A stretch of 36,111 nt of DNA from Octopus bimaculoides. Taxonomy: Eukaryota. The position numbers were made by a program, and so were the translations under genes. Positions 21,481 to 33,620 of this stretch are shown in pieces. Every line of letters begins with the position of its first letter. The first letter of the stretch is position 1. The notes beneath the pieces are model-generated. The model worked only from the letters and a program-made list of their open reading frames with translations. It was not told where the DNA came from and ran no database searches. The stretch lies in assembly GCF_001194135.2 (NCBI RefSeq), contig NC_069001.1, positions 19,856,394 to 19,892,504 on the forward strand. Direction: 5' to 3'.

Positions 21481-22429
21481 TATAAATACACTTAATACAG
21501 ATCAGGTCGCGATGCTCGATCTTGGTTCCAACTTCAATCTGCAACCAAAATACGTCCCAAACAAGAAAAAAGTTGAAATTAAACTATTATATCAAAAGTG
21601 AGAAAATCCGGGGAATAAAAAAAAAAAACATTGGCGTTTAACTCCAAAGGCTTACTTCGCGGCGATTGTAACAAAAATAGATATCTACACAAGAATAACT
21701 AAATACTCAAGCCGTACACACCTTAAAACATGGCCATAAATAAATGTGATACAAGCAATATGTTCGTAATCATATACCCACACACACATATAAATGCATA
21801 CACACAAATATAGATATGGTCTCCTTTAAATCACTCTCCAACATTTGAAAACAGGTGGATAAGTCAACTAAATTACCTCAATCGTAAGTTCACGCGATCA
21901 GAGCCAATCTACTTCTAAACAACAAAATCTTCCATATAAATATACGCAAGCGATGAGAACTCATACAAGAAGAAGTATAACGTTTTCAAGAATTTATTTA
22001 GAAAATAGATATTTTTTGAAGGATCTCGAAATTTTTCCATAAATGAAGCTTTTCAATGTACATTTTCCGAGCTTATGTCAACTGAAAATTAATTCTTTGG
22101 CTTGATTTGGTCCATTCACTTAGAGTTAGTTCCCCTCCTTCTTTATGCGACAATCGAAAATGCAGTTTTTTTTCTAAGTTTTATCACACGAAATTAACCG
22201 AAAAATTGCAATACCTAACGTTTTATAAGCGCGATTTATAAAATATCCACAATATTTCACGATTTTCTTCATGTATAGTTTTGTGAAAAAATAAAAGGTG
22301 TAGAAAGACATTTTGTGATGATTTAAATTAATATTTATGAATTAACAAGAAAATGAAGTTTCCACTTGTATTTTTGTTATTTACTTATGTTGTAACGGTG
22401 TATATATATGGTCAGAAAGCCCACACCAA

Positions 22430-22720
22430 NNNNNNNNNNNNNNNNNNNNNNNNNNNNNNNNNNNNNNNNNNNNNNNNNNNNNNNNNNNNNNNNNNNNNNN
22501 NNNNNNNNNNNNNNNNNNNNNNNNNNNNNNNNNNNNNNNNNNNNNNNNNNNNNNNNNNNNNNNNNNNNNNNNNNNNNNNNNNNNNNNNNNNNNNNNNNNN
22601 NNNNNNNNNNNNNNNNNNNNNNNNNNNNNNNNNNNNNNNNNNNNNNNNNNNNNNNNNNNNNNNNNNNNNNNNNNNNNNNNNNNNNNNNNNNNNNNNNNNN
22701 NNNNNNNNNNNNNNNNNNNN
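22430..22720. other. Assembly gap
   Basis: N run. Confidence 1.
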
Positions 22721-22834
22721 CCATTAAGCAAACACACCTGGTGAGAAAGTTGAAAGAAGGAAGCACAAGCGGCGATGGAGAAAGAGAAACACGAAAAAAG
22801 CTAGGGAGTGGTAGAAAGTGAGGATGTATGTAGC

Positions 22835-22885
<51 letters not shown>

Positions 22886-22959
22886 ATGTGTATACATATA
22901 TAGATATATATATATAATATATATGTGTGTGTGTGTATGCGTCTGTCTGTAATGATAGC

Positions 22960-24560
22960 CGGAGAAAATGAACAATAACAAATATACCTAGAATTGCGAC
23001 GTTTGGTGAATCTGAGCTGGTTGAACAAAATAAGTTCCTCCACAGTAAGATTGCGGTGCGAAAGAAGAGAGTCACGTGATTAAAATTTCGCTCTCGATTT
23101 CACTCCCACCTCTTCAAGCTTTTACTTTCTTTCTCTTTCTCAGTTTTCACTCCCCTTCCTTGTTTCTCCCTGTTTCCGTTTTTATTCTTTTTCTATTCAC
23201 GTTTTTTTCCTCCTACCCTCTTTGTTCTATTTATCTATCTTTTTTCCCACTTCCGTCGTCAAAATTCTCTCACCCCACACCGTCTTTCTTTATCGTTATT
23301 TCCCTCTCTCTCTTAATTCATTACTTAGCTCTCTCCCTCCCAATCTCCCTTTCTCACTTTCTCTTTCTATCTTTCTCTTGCTCGACTGGTTTGTCGACTT
23401 GTCTTCTACTGTGGTCGATTCTAAATATCTCTTGTTGAGCGTCAGGTCAAACTCGATCTATCAAGGTTTATGATCAAAAGCGCTCTGTCTGGGACAATTC
23501 CATTTCCCACGCTGTATCTCTTGGTCTATATTACCCAAAGTGTCCTTTTTTTTTTGAAGATGGTTGGGTTTTATTGCAGTGGGGGTGGGATTTGGTTGTT
23601 GATCACAAAAATGCCTTGTATGTGTTTTGAGTAGTAGGTAGATATGACAAAAGTCTTCGTTTCGAGTCGGTGTGTTTGTAGTTTGTAGATTATTTGGTGC
23701 TATCCCATAGTTTTTACGGAGGCGGGGCTCTGCTCGAATCATGACATAACCAGTTGAGGGGATGTTACCCCGGCAACTCTTTCGGTTGCATGTTTTCAAT
23801 GTGTAACATTACGATTTTTGCGAAAAAAAATTCAAATTTTCCTTATTTTTAAATCTTGTCCCACCCCCATCCACTTCTTTTTTTTATTAGACTGCTGTCA
23901 TACTGGGGCATCGCCTTGAGGTTTTAGTTGAATGAATCGACACCAGTACCTATTTTCTTTTAAAACCTGATACTTATTCTATCGGTTTTTTTGCCGAATC
24001 GTTAAGTTATGGGTACATAAACTCACCAACACCGGTTGTCAAACGGTGGTGGTGGACAAACACAGATATATATACGACGGGTTTCCTTTCAGTTTCCATC
24101 TGCCAAATCCACTCACAAGGCTTCGGTTGGTCCGGGGCTATAGTAGAAGACACTTGCCCAAGCTGCCACGCAGTAAGACTGAGCTCAGAACTTGGTGGTC
24201 AGGAAGCAGACTTTTTACCAGACAGCCACGCCTTCATAATTTTTTCAACCTTTATCATTTTTATTATTATTATTATTATTATTCTCTTTGTATGAAAAGG
24301 TGGTCAGTATGATTAGGTAGAGAAAAAAAGTTTTCATGATTTCAAAATAATTCGAAATCGAAAAAGTTACGCGCAGTTTTGTGCTGCGCGAGGTAAATGA
24401 CACCTGACTGTATGTGAGTACTTGTGTGTGTGTGCATAAATTATGAAAACTGCTTTCGTGTTACATGGGTGTGTAGGAAAAACATTTACCATGGAAAAAC
24501 TACACAGTAATTATCGTAATAACTCCGTCACGTGATCCGCGCCTAGTAAGGCAAACAAGT
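22960..24560. promoter_or_regulatory. Candidate CpG-retaining (divergent) promoter region
   Basis: CpG is frequent here relative to both flanks. Two identical GTCACGTGAT motifs (23071, 24527) and outward-facing donor-like sites (minus AG|GTATAT at 22988/22987; plus AG|GTAAAT at 24392/24393). This is inference only. Confidence 0.3.
23875..24234 (-). mobile_element. Family 1 SINE, complete, CpG-retaining
   Basis: Reverse complement aggcgtggctgtctggtaaaaagtctgcttcc...gaaacccgtcgtatatatatctgtgtttgtccaccaccaccgtttgacaaccggtgttgg... Confidence 0.85.
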
Positions 24561-25040
24561 TTATGTTAGCATCTTTCTCTTCTTCTCTATTCTTTCTTTC
24601 AATTATCTTTACTCTCTCTTTCAATAATCTGTATGTAAAATATAACTTTATATCAACTTTACACATGCACACACACACAAGCTGCCATGTGTCTCGCACA
24701 TAATTTCCCTCTGATTTCGAAAATTATTTTGCAATTTTGAAAAAAAAAAATTACTGGATCATACCGTCCGTGTTTTCAAATACAAATAAAAGCAAGTTTG
24801 AAAAGAGTCTTTAAATAAAGTGGCAGTGAGGGAGTTACAAAAACAATGAGATTTTGATTTCTTTCTTTTTTTTTTTTTTGTCAGAATCGTTATCTTGCAT
24901 GTTGAAAGTATATAACTCGGAACATCTTGTAGAAAAACATAAAACAACAACAAAAAGTTATAACCGGTTATATCATGTACTTCAATCAGAAATCTGCCTT
25001 TTCAGATACAGTACAAGAACTGCATTATTCTATGTATTTC

Positions 25041-25265
25041 AAAGGCGCATGGCTTGGTGGTTAGGGTCGTCAGTTCGATTCAAGGCGGTGCGTTGTGTCC
25101 TTGAGCAAGACACTTTATTTTACATTGCTCCAGTCCATTCAACTGCCAAAAATGAGATATACCTGTAATTCGATGGGCCAGCCTTGTTACATTCTGTGTC
25201 ATGCTGAACCTCCTTGCAAACTACATTAAGGGTACACTTGTCTGTGGAATGCTCAACCACTTGCA
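25041..25265 (+). mobile_element. tRNA-derived SINE family 3
   Basis: aaggcgcatggcttggtggttagg...gttcgattc...tgtgtccttgagcaagacactttattttacattgctccagtcc, with A-box and B-box-like motifs. Homologous to 28935-29270. Confidence 0.7.
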
Positions 25266-26504
25266 CATCTTTGCTCACAAGTTGGCAGTCATCAGACTGT
25301 TAGATAAAATGTATAACACTCAGCTGTGTGTTGATGAGAAAATTTTGAAGGCTATATTGAAGTATGAATAAATTACATGACTGTTCTCAGTCAATATAAT
25401 AATTATTTGATGATTTGGATATGAATATATTTTATGTCTCTTGTGTATATTTATGCATGCATCTTAGAAAGAAAGTAGACAAGATATGAGAGATATGTAT
25501 GCGGGTAAATTATTGAGACATGGTCTTAAATAACGTGGGTTAGTAACAAAGTCTCCAGTCACATTTATATATTATCTCTGGCTAGTTTTAAAATGGCACA
25601 TGATCTTGAACCATCTGTTTGTATTTTGGCATGAAAACCAAGACAGCTCTTTTCTACTGACATTCTATCACAGCCAACTCAAGATATTGTTGGTTGTGGT
25701 ATGTGTCAGTAAGCATGTTAGTTATTTGCACAGGCAATTTAATGCTTGCTGTTATAAAACTGCCAAATATGGTAATATTGGACACGCTGCAAATCTGCAT
25801 CTTAACAGAGATGCTGTATAATTGACTCCAAGGAGAGATCTGCTGCAAATGTTTGCTGTATTTTTTCCAAACCCACAGCAATCAACTTTGTTTTTCAGTT
25901 TTTTGAGGTCAATAAATGAAGTACCAATCTAGAAGATGGATTTGCGAAATTGTTAGAGTGGTGAATTGTCTTGTGGTGTCATTTCTGGCTTCTTATATTC
26001 TAAAAGTAACACCTGTGACAATATTGGTGCCAAGCCGACCCAGAACTTTCTTTTCCTTGGATAACATTGTTGGTGCTGAGAGGGGAAATGTGTATGCAGG
26101 ACTATCTGCATCTTAGAGAAAAACTTTCCAGGAGCAGATTGATAGCCTTATGAGACATGAAGATACAGATACAACTGTGTAAAAAGATCAGCACACACAC
26201 CGTAACATATGTATGATTCATCCTATAAAACAAGGCAATGATTCAGGTTCCATTTCTGGTTACAACTTATTTTACTTACTCTGGTTTTACCTCCAACAAT
26301 TCCCATTTCCCCACCTACTAAAATATATTAAGGTTTATCTCCAAACAAAAGATGTTTCTGATCAAACAACTAACTTTTGCCATCTCATAATCGCATGGGA
26401 TAAATATCTATCAAAATGTGCAAAAAGATATTCTATACATTTTCATCAGACTGAGACAAAATCATTAGAGTGGTGAACAGAATAGCTGCAGTATTCAGTA
26501 TTGC

Positions 26505-26590
26505 TCTGAGTTTCATACCTTGTCGAGGTTAACTTCACTTTCCAATCCAGAACAATAAAATAATGTACTGATAAAGTACTGAGAGGATTT
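26505..26590 (+). mobile_element. Highly degraded SINE fragment
   Basis: gagtttcataccttgtcgaggttaacttcactttccaatcc...ataaaataatgtactg...aagtactg resembles a cephalopod SINE body. Recognised from memory only. Confidence 0.35.
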
Positions 26591-27614
26591 GATATTCCTG
26601 CAGAGCTTTCTAACTATGAATGGAATTCTAACAGAAGATGGTCAACATCACTAATCCAACACCTAATTCTCAACAAAGTGAAAGTTTTTGATGTGGCTAG
26701 TTATATATCAATATTGATTGTATTATATACCAAGATCAACCAAAAGATTTAAATAACAAAACAAGTTAATATGCTTATTCTAGATTATTTAAACCACTAA
26801 TAGACATGTATATTGAACCTCATATAACCAAGTGAAGTTTCAGTTCTTCACCAATATACAGGAGCAGTTAAGGTACAGCCTTTATCACAACCAACAGAAA
26901 CATGAAACAGCAATAGTGTCATATTGGGAAAATTACGAACTGCCTATCTTGGAAGGAAACACTTCTCCCATATGCTGAACAGTCAGCTCTTTGCCATCTA
27001 CACAAGGCTCTAGTGTATACTTTGAAATTCAGATCTGATTGCCATTCACCAAAAAACTTTCACAACACCTGGTCTCCTTCAACATGTCTAGACTGAAAAG
27101 GCTATTCCTCTTGTCTGCATCTTCCAGTATATAGCTGACATCAAATATATCAAGGCGCTTGAAATGTAGCTACATATACCCTCACTCATGTGAATACACT
27201 CATAATTTTGCCTCCACCTCTGGCTTTCTCTTCCCCAGACCACATCCCTGCTCACTACTATCAGGGTGGAGATGGCTATCCACAAGTGTGAGTTAGAGTG
27301 GCCGTTGCAGTGCATCTCCCTTGCCATCTTCCAGGGCAATGCCTTTACCATTTTGTCTGCTGGGACCATGCGGTAGTCTGAATTTCAGGAAATTGAGAGG
27401 ATGGAAGAATTTTGTAGTTTACTACATGAACAATAAACTTTTAGAATCCAATACACTAGATCACAGCTTACCAAGAGAGTGACAGTGTCCTCCCAACCAT
27501 GAAATTTGTCACCTTCTTTAACATTTCAGCAAATGTCTCTTCCTTCTTTAGTTTAGATTTGGAACGAATACTCCACCAGTCATAAATATCTTTTTACATC
27601 TCAAAATTGCCATC

Positions 27615-28530
27615 ATGAGATTTTTAATGTACTCTATTATTTATCACACCAGAGCATCAGTTTATATTGGCACACTTCATTTGGACAGATATCAAGAAAA
27701 CCACTTGAGAGTGGTCCAGGAACTGCATCACATGTCAGCAAGCAATAGTACATCACCATGTCAAGTCACTGTTTCATGTGATATGAGATTTAAGTATATA
27801 CGCATGAATCTTATAGGAACACTTCCTCTTTCACATAGACATAGTTATACACCTACCTGTATCATAGTTATATGAGATAATTCCAGACTACTTCACAAGT
27901 AATACTCTATAGATCCAACTTTAAGTTGTTGTTCCATACAGTAATATTGGCGATAATTTAAGTCATACCAATTATTTTGTGAAATATGATACTTATGGTA
28001 TGACAACCAAAAATACCAGTGTCATGTTCACCAATGCTACTCCTGGAGGCAAACAAGCATATCTTTTTAGGAAAACTTTAGATAAAAATGAATTTATGGA
28101 TTGAAGTTGTACAAAGTCCAGGGACCCCCATATAATCCCAGATCTGTAGAACATATCCATTTGAGAGCACCCCCTGTACAGACAGGAACTGTATTGTGTG
28201 TAAAATAAATCCACAGATAAACTGTAAAAGTAGAAATGTTTTCTATAGCATATGATGTACTGAGGGATGGGCCAGAAACAGGACAACAACCTAGTCTGAA
28301 GAAACAGCAAGTAGCATAGGTGAGCAGATAAGTGAACACTGGCAGGAACTCAGGTAGGAGGAAAGCTCACCAGTGCTCAACCAACATGCTCAATTAGAAC
28401 ATAGAAGTTCAGTTGACAACATAGCTGTTAGGATCTTATTGACACATAGAACAGATATGACACTCAAAGAGATTACGAAGGCCACACACATAAAACCTCA
28501 ACAGAAAATAGAAATGGAATACTAACACCT
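27615..28530 (+). mobile_element. Degraded PLE (RT thumb/linker plus GIY-YIG-like region)
   Basis: Translation CTDRNCIVCKINPQINCKSRNVFYSI*C...ETASSIGEQISEHW...SPVLNQHAQLEH...IAVRIL fits the PLE endonuclease pattern (CxxC...NVVYxIxC...GETxRS.GERxxEH). Many stops. Confidence 0.55.
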
Positions 28531-28934
28531 CTCCCACACTACACAACCTGACAACTGAAGACAGAATGACGAAAAATAAATAAATGAAATGGATACTAAC
28601 AGTGTAATATACAAACCCTTATAAATGCACACAAGACACACATACACATATTAAAGACATAAGGAAATAAGAAGAGAAAAATAAATAAATTAGTAAATAA
28701 ACAAAAGACACAATTACAGTGTAACATAGAAACCCATATACACGCGAATGGGGGACACACACTAGACACACACACACACACACACACATGTAAAAGCATG
28801 TGCAGATTGAGATACATACCACAGAAGGAAAAAATGGAATAAGCAGGACAAGAGGAGACACACTGGACAGAGGGTCACTGATAAAATCACAGAATATGTG
28901 ATGAAAGAACTTTGACAGGCATAAAGAAAGGCTA

Positions 28935-29270
28935 AAGACCCACCCACTTCGGTCATAAATGACCATGGGATTGCACCTAGGAAGTTACCCTCCACGGCAC
29001 AAGTCCAGGCAAAGTTGTGAATGGAAGACCAGCATTCACCCATGCATACCAACCTCCCCTCTCCGTGCCACGGGTATTATCCAAGGGAAAGGCAAAGGCT
29101 GATAGAGCTTGGCACAAGTGACAGCACAACTCATTTCTACAGATGAGTGAACTGGAGCAATATGAAAAAAAGTGTCTTGCTCAAGAACACAACACACAGC
29201 CAGGTCTAGGAATCAAACTCACTACCTCAAGATTGTGAGCCTCATACTCTAACCACTGAGCCATGCACCT
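28935..29270 (-). mobile_element. SINE family 3 (long-tail copy)
   Basis: Reverse complement aggtgcatggctcagtggttagagtatgaggctcacaatc...gagtttgattcc...gttcttgagcaagacac...ttgctccagttcactc. Confidence 0.75.
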
Positions 29271-29366
29271 AAACTAAAGATAGTACAAATAAAACCTAAA
29301 GTGAACAACAAATAAATATTCTGTGTTTAATTGGCAACAAAAAAATTATCATCCCCAAATATAACA

Positions 29367-29397
<31 letters not shown>

Positions 29398-29861
29398 TTA
29401 TCTCCTTCAGTAAAAGTTTCGCATTAATTTGTAATACACCTCATAATAAAACAGCTGAGCAATCGAAAATAATGTCCTATGTGATTGAAGAATAAGATGT
29501 CATCATCTGCAGATAACACTACCATAGAAAAAGCAATTCAATTTTTGAAATTTTTTTGTAATGCATGTATTTTTCAATAAAATTTTTTTTAATTATTGTA
29601 TTTAATTATGACAGCTGGAAATGATCTCACAACAGTACAGCTGAAATTTTATCACACAGAGAGTAAAATTATCATTGACAAAGTTGGTAATTAATTTTTG
29701 TGCCCAGCCAATAAGTGTCCAAGTTTGACTATTATTTTAGTTGTCATCAGTGCTTCTGTTATGTCAGAAAACTAAGAAAAGAGAGAAAAACCTCTGCTCC
29801 AACTGAGTACAAGAATGCAATTTATTAGCGTAAATTGAACATTTTACTTTGCTAACCCAGG

Positions 29862-30351
29862 AACCCTTTAACATTTAAACCAGTCAAGATCTAACCTCTT
29901 ACACCTACCCTACAATGTCATTCTAAAAATATACAATCACACCATCGAAATCTCAAAGTCATAAGATAATGATTATTGGTGGTCGTATCTGTGGTGGTAG
30001 TCATGGGGATGGCATTGATGTTGGTGGTGATAGTAGTAGCAGTTATGCTGATATTGGCAATGTTGATGGTGGTGGTAGTTGTGTCAATGCTCATGATGTA
30101 GTTGTGATGGTTGTGATAAAAATGGTAGTGTTGCTGGTGGTAATGATGGTGATAGTTGTGATGATGTAGGTAATGATGGTGGTGGTTTAGGTGTTGTTGC
30201 AAGTAGCAGTGGTAGTTATGTATTAGTGTTCTGACCTCAATTGGACCTCACTTAAAAGATTATAGCCCAAGGTGTTGCCACCTGAAGATTCAAAACAACG
30301 TGAATAAATAAGCATTACATTTGACAAAATAATCTGAATGCTAAAGGGTAA
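29862..30351. mobile_element. piggyBac-like MITE interrupted by a ~320-bp insertion
   Basis: Terminal inverted repeats ACCCTTTAACATT (29863-29875) and AATGCTAAAGGGT (30337-30349), 12/13 complementary, with CCC...GGG ends and degenerate TTAA flanks. Confidence 0.65.
29970..30292 (+). repeat. Direct duplicate (copy A) of the GGT/GAT-rich block at 31248-31540
   Basis: Collinear high similarity including non-repetitive sequence (tatgtattagtgttctga..tcaa.tggacctcactt..aa.attatagcccaaggtgttgccacctgaa.attca). Confidence 0.92.
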
Positions 30352-30720
30352 AACATGCACTTACTTATCATGAAAATAATTTTGTTTACAAAAACAATAC
30401 TGTAAACATGGTATACAAAACTATTCCAATCACAGCTGCACTGGCTTGGTAATGAAATAGCATTGAATTATGACTTTCTGTTACTTAAACTTGAGTGTGA
30501 ACTGTGAAGTATTTGTGTGGGTGGGAAATAAAAATAATGCAATTGCTTAGTAAAACAATTTTTAAAAATCATCAAAAGCTTAATAAAACATTGGAGAATA
30601 ATTTCTAGTTTTTGTGACTCATCAGGATTTCTTGTTAAGAAATATATGTCTCAGGGTTTTATACAGTTCTTTTTTATTTTTTTCCATCAACAAAAGAATC
30701 TTTACCCTATAATGTCCACT

Positions 30721-30862
30721 TGAAGAATTGTCACCTGAGCCTACTCCACATGAAGAATCACAGTCACAGCTTATACCGTCTGAAGAATTGTCACCTGAGC
30801 CAAACCAACATGAAGAATCACAGTCACAGCTTGTACCACCCAAAGACTCATCACCTCAGCAC
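30721..30862 (+). repeat. 60-bp tandem repeat (2.4 units, 30-bp sub-period)
   Basis: tgaagaattgtcacctgagc...catgaagaatcacagtcacagctt at 30721 and 30781, with a partial unit at 30841. Confidence 0.9.
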
Positions 30863-31247
30863 TCAATGAATATTAATTTGTATAATTAGGATAACATAAA
30901 TATATTCTTTTGTATTATACATCTTCATTGTGAATGTTTAAATAAAAGTTAGTAAATATTATTGTTCCAAAACTAATTGAAGCTAAGATAATTATATAGA
31001 ATAATTATATGGAATAAATTGCCAGATGTTAACTATACATTATATACATTGTTAGTGTTTGGCCCAAGATCAGAACTAGTTGAGCAGACCTGTGATGAAA
31101 GAAGTTCTTGCCATAAACATCTCACCTCACTTTTCTCTATGGCAAAGCATGCATTCCATCACATACTTATTTTAGATGGCAGTGTGTTGTTTGATGAAGA
31201 TTTGACCACTATTTCAAGCAGTTCTTGTGATGGCATAGTGATTCCTT

Positions 31248-31540
31248 TGATTATTAGTGGTTGTATCTGTGGTGGTAGTCATGGGGGTGGCACTGATGTT
31301 GGTGGTGATAGTAGTAGCAGTTTTGCGTATGTTGATGATGGTGATGGTGGTGGTAGTTGTGTCAATACTCATGATGTAGTTGTGATGGTTGTGATAAAAG
31401 TGGTAGTGTTGCTGGTGGCAATGATGGTGATAGTTGTGATGATGTAGATAATGATGGTGGTGGTTATGTATTAGTGTTCTGATCTCAACTGGACCTCACT
31501 TGAAAAATTATAGCCCAAGGTGTTGCCACCTGAAAATTCA
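31248..31540 (+). repeat. Copy B (probable donor) of the duplicated block
   Basis: See copy A. B sits in its own continuous context, whereas A is bracketed by MITE halves. Confidence 0.9.
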
Positions 31541-31835
31541 TCATCTCTGGATACCCTACCTGAATAATGATACCCTTACAAAGTATTTATAATGCTGGTA
31601 CTGGTGCTGTGCTGGTGGGGACGTCTGTGAATGTGATGATGATGGCAGTTTTGGTTGTGTTGTTGTTATTGGGGTTGTAGTGATGATGGCAGCAAGGTAT
31701 CAGTGAAATAAGTTAGGTTCTGATTCCACCTTAACCCCATCTGAAAAATTACCTTTCCAGGTGTTGTCACCTGAAAATTGATCACTCCAAGATATTTCAA
31801 CTTACTCTGGCAAAGTCTGTTGTGTGTTTCTTCAG

Positions 31836-31847
31836 GATTTGCTCCTG
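31836..31847 (+). other. Candidate 12-nt microexon
   Basis: tgttgtgtgtttcttcAG|GATTTGCTCCTG|GTAAGT: pyrimidine tract, acceptor and a perfect donor consensus. No transcript evidence. Confidence 0.25.
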
Positions 31848-32269
31848 GTAAGTTGAAGCAAGACTTGCAGGCAACAAAAGAAATTGGTTTCAGCAACTTT
31901 ATAATCTTTATGCAACAGGGAAGCAGAACTTTCTTTGGCCTGTAGGCGTATTACCCCACTTGACATTGGGTCAAACAAGCTGGACAGAGATATAGGGCAT
32001 TACACAACATTAAGGTTCAAACACGTGACCTCATCTCTTCCTCTTTTCTGCACTGATGTGCAAGCTATGAGGATGCAACTTGTCTAGCTCAATCTTATGC
32101 CACAGGCCAGCTTGCAGATAAGAGCATAGCACAGAAGACCATGGCCACCAACCATTTTAATTATCATTCCATTGTGTATATACATGTGGCCACAATAAAT
32201 GTGTTTAAAGTTACAACCTTGCTTGTATATGTTTACATCCGGGTTTACTACCAGCAAAATCACAGCCTT

Positions 32270-33620
32270 CTGTTATCTTCTTGAAGGTAGAAACTTCACT
32301 ACAATTTTCACTGACCACAAACTGCTAATGTTCGCTCTCTTTGCAAAAACAGACTGGCACTCACCTAGGCAATTGGATTATATATCACAGTTCACTAGTG
32401 ACATTTGCCACATCGCTGACACAGACAACATCCCCACCAACACCTTATCTCACCCGCCTATTGGTGCACTGTCATCTCCTACTTCAATTGATTTAGTTGC
32501 TATGGCTACTGATCAACCCTCTTTGGACTCTCTGGACGTCTCTTCACCACACTTTTCCTGCTGCAAGTTTGAACACCTACCTCTGCCTTTTTCTGAAGGA
32601 AACATTCTCTGTGATGTTTCTACTGGGTCACCACAACCCCTCATTTCTGAATGCCATCGTCGTGCTGTTTTTGAAGCACCGCATTCACTGTCACACTCTG
32701 GCATTGCAGCCACAGTAAAGCTTATCTCGGCCCACTTTTTCTGACTGAATTTGTGATAGTCTATTACAGCTTGGTCACGTGCCTGTCTACCATGTCAGCA
32801 TTCCAAAGTGCATCATCACGTGAGAGCACCTCTTGGACACTTCCAGCCGCCAGACACCAGGTTCCATCACATACACATCAACCTGGTTGGTCCTTGGCTG
32901 GTCAGTTGCGGATTTACTTATATATTGACCTGCATCAACCGTTTCTCCAGATGGTCTGAAGCCATCCCTCTAGGGGACATTTCTGTGGAAACTGTCACCA
33001 GAACACTCATCTCTGGGTGAATGTCTCACTTCGGAGTACCCTCTAGAATTACTACTGATTGTGGACGCCAATTTGAAGCTTGTCTGTTCTGTGAGCTTTC
33101 AAGATTGCTCAGAGTTCAGCACATCCACACCACCAGTTACCATCCTGCCACAAACAGTATAGTGGAAAGATTCCACCAACAGCTCAAAGCTACTATTTGC
33201 ATGGCTCCTGACCCTCATCGTTGGTCCAAATTTCTCCCCATTGTTCTGCTAGAGTGCCGGTCAGCTGTCAAGGAGGACTTAGGCTACTCCTCCGCTGAGC
33301 TCCTGTATGGCACCACCTTAGCACTTCCTGGACAAATGTTGGCGTCTGTCAACTTACTGAATGTGGACCCCATATCTTATGTCACACAACTTAAGTCATT
33401 CTTTGCTGACCTACCACCGATGCTTCCTCATGACCAGTCTATTTCCTCTGCAGTACCTCCAGATATTTCTACCTGGAGTCATGTGTTTGTAAGAAATGAC
33501 ACCATCAAGGGACCACTCACACCTCCCTTCACTGGACCCTATCGCATTCTTAAAAGCACACCGAAACTGTTTACTGTGGACATTCACGGAAAAAAGAGAC
33601 TGTCTCTATTGACAGAGTAA
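32270..33620 (+). mobile_element. Ty3/Gypsy pol remnant (RNase H C-terminus plus integrase), disrupted, no LTRs seen
   Basis: LEGRNFT.IFTDHK...LDYISQF (RNase H); HSLSHSG (HHCC); HIHINLVGP, TDCGRQF, TTSYHPATNSIVERFHQQLK (DDE integrase); PPFTGPY (GPY/F). Confidence 0.92.

Noticed and set aside
21380-21601. 73-aa ORF as a small gene
   Set aside because: It starts inside a LINE 3' end and has no recognisable domain.
26950-27400. Minus-strand ORF 27088-27369 and LFSLD-like words suggesting a CR1 C-terminus or transposase
   Set aside because: Motifs were too weak and spread across frames to assign.
28548-28580. ACAACTGAAGA...GACGAAA at the end of the PLE remnant as a hammerhead
   Set aside because: No pairing stem II between the core halves and no stem III or cleavage triplet.
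29918-30202. His/Thr-rich ORF (and the Gly/Val-rich opposite-strand ORFs at 29969 and 31019)
   Set aside because: These are translations of degenerate (GAT/GGT)n repeats and the frames are not preserved between copies A and B.
31758-31773. Inverted E-box pair CAGGTG-ttgt-CACCTG and recurring CACCTG motifs
   Set aside because: Explained by the local repeat unit, with no independent support for a regulatory role.
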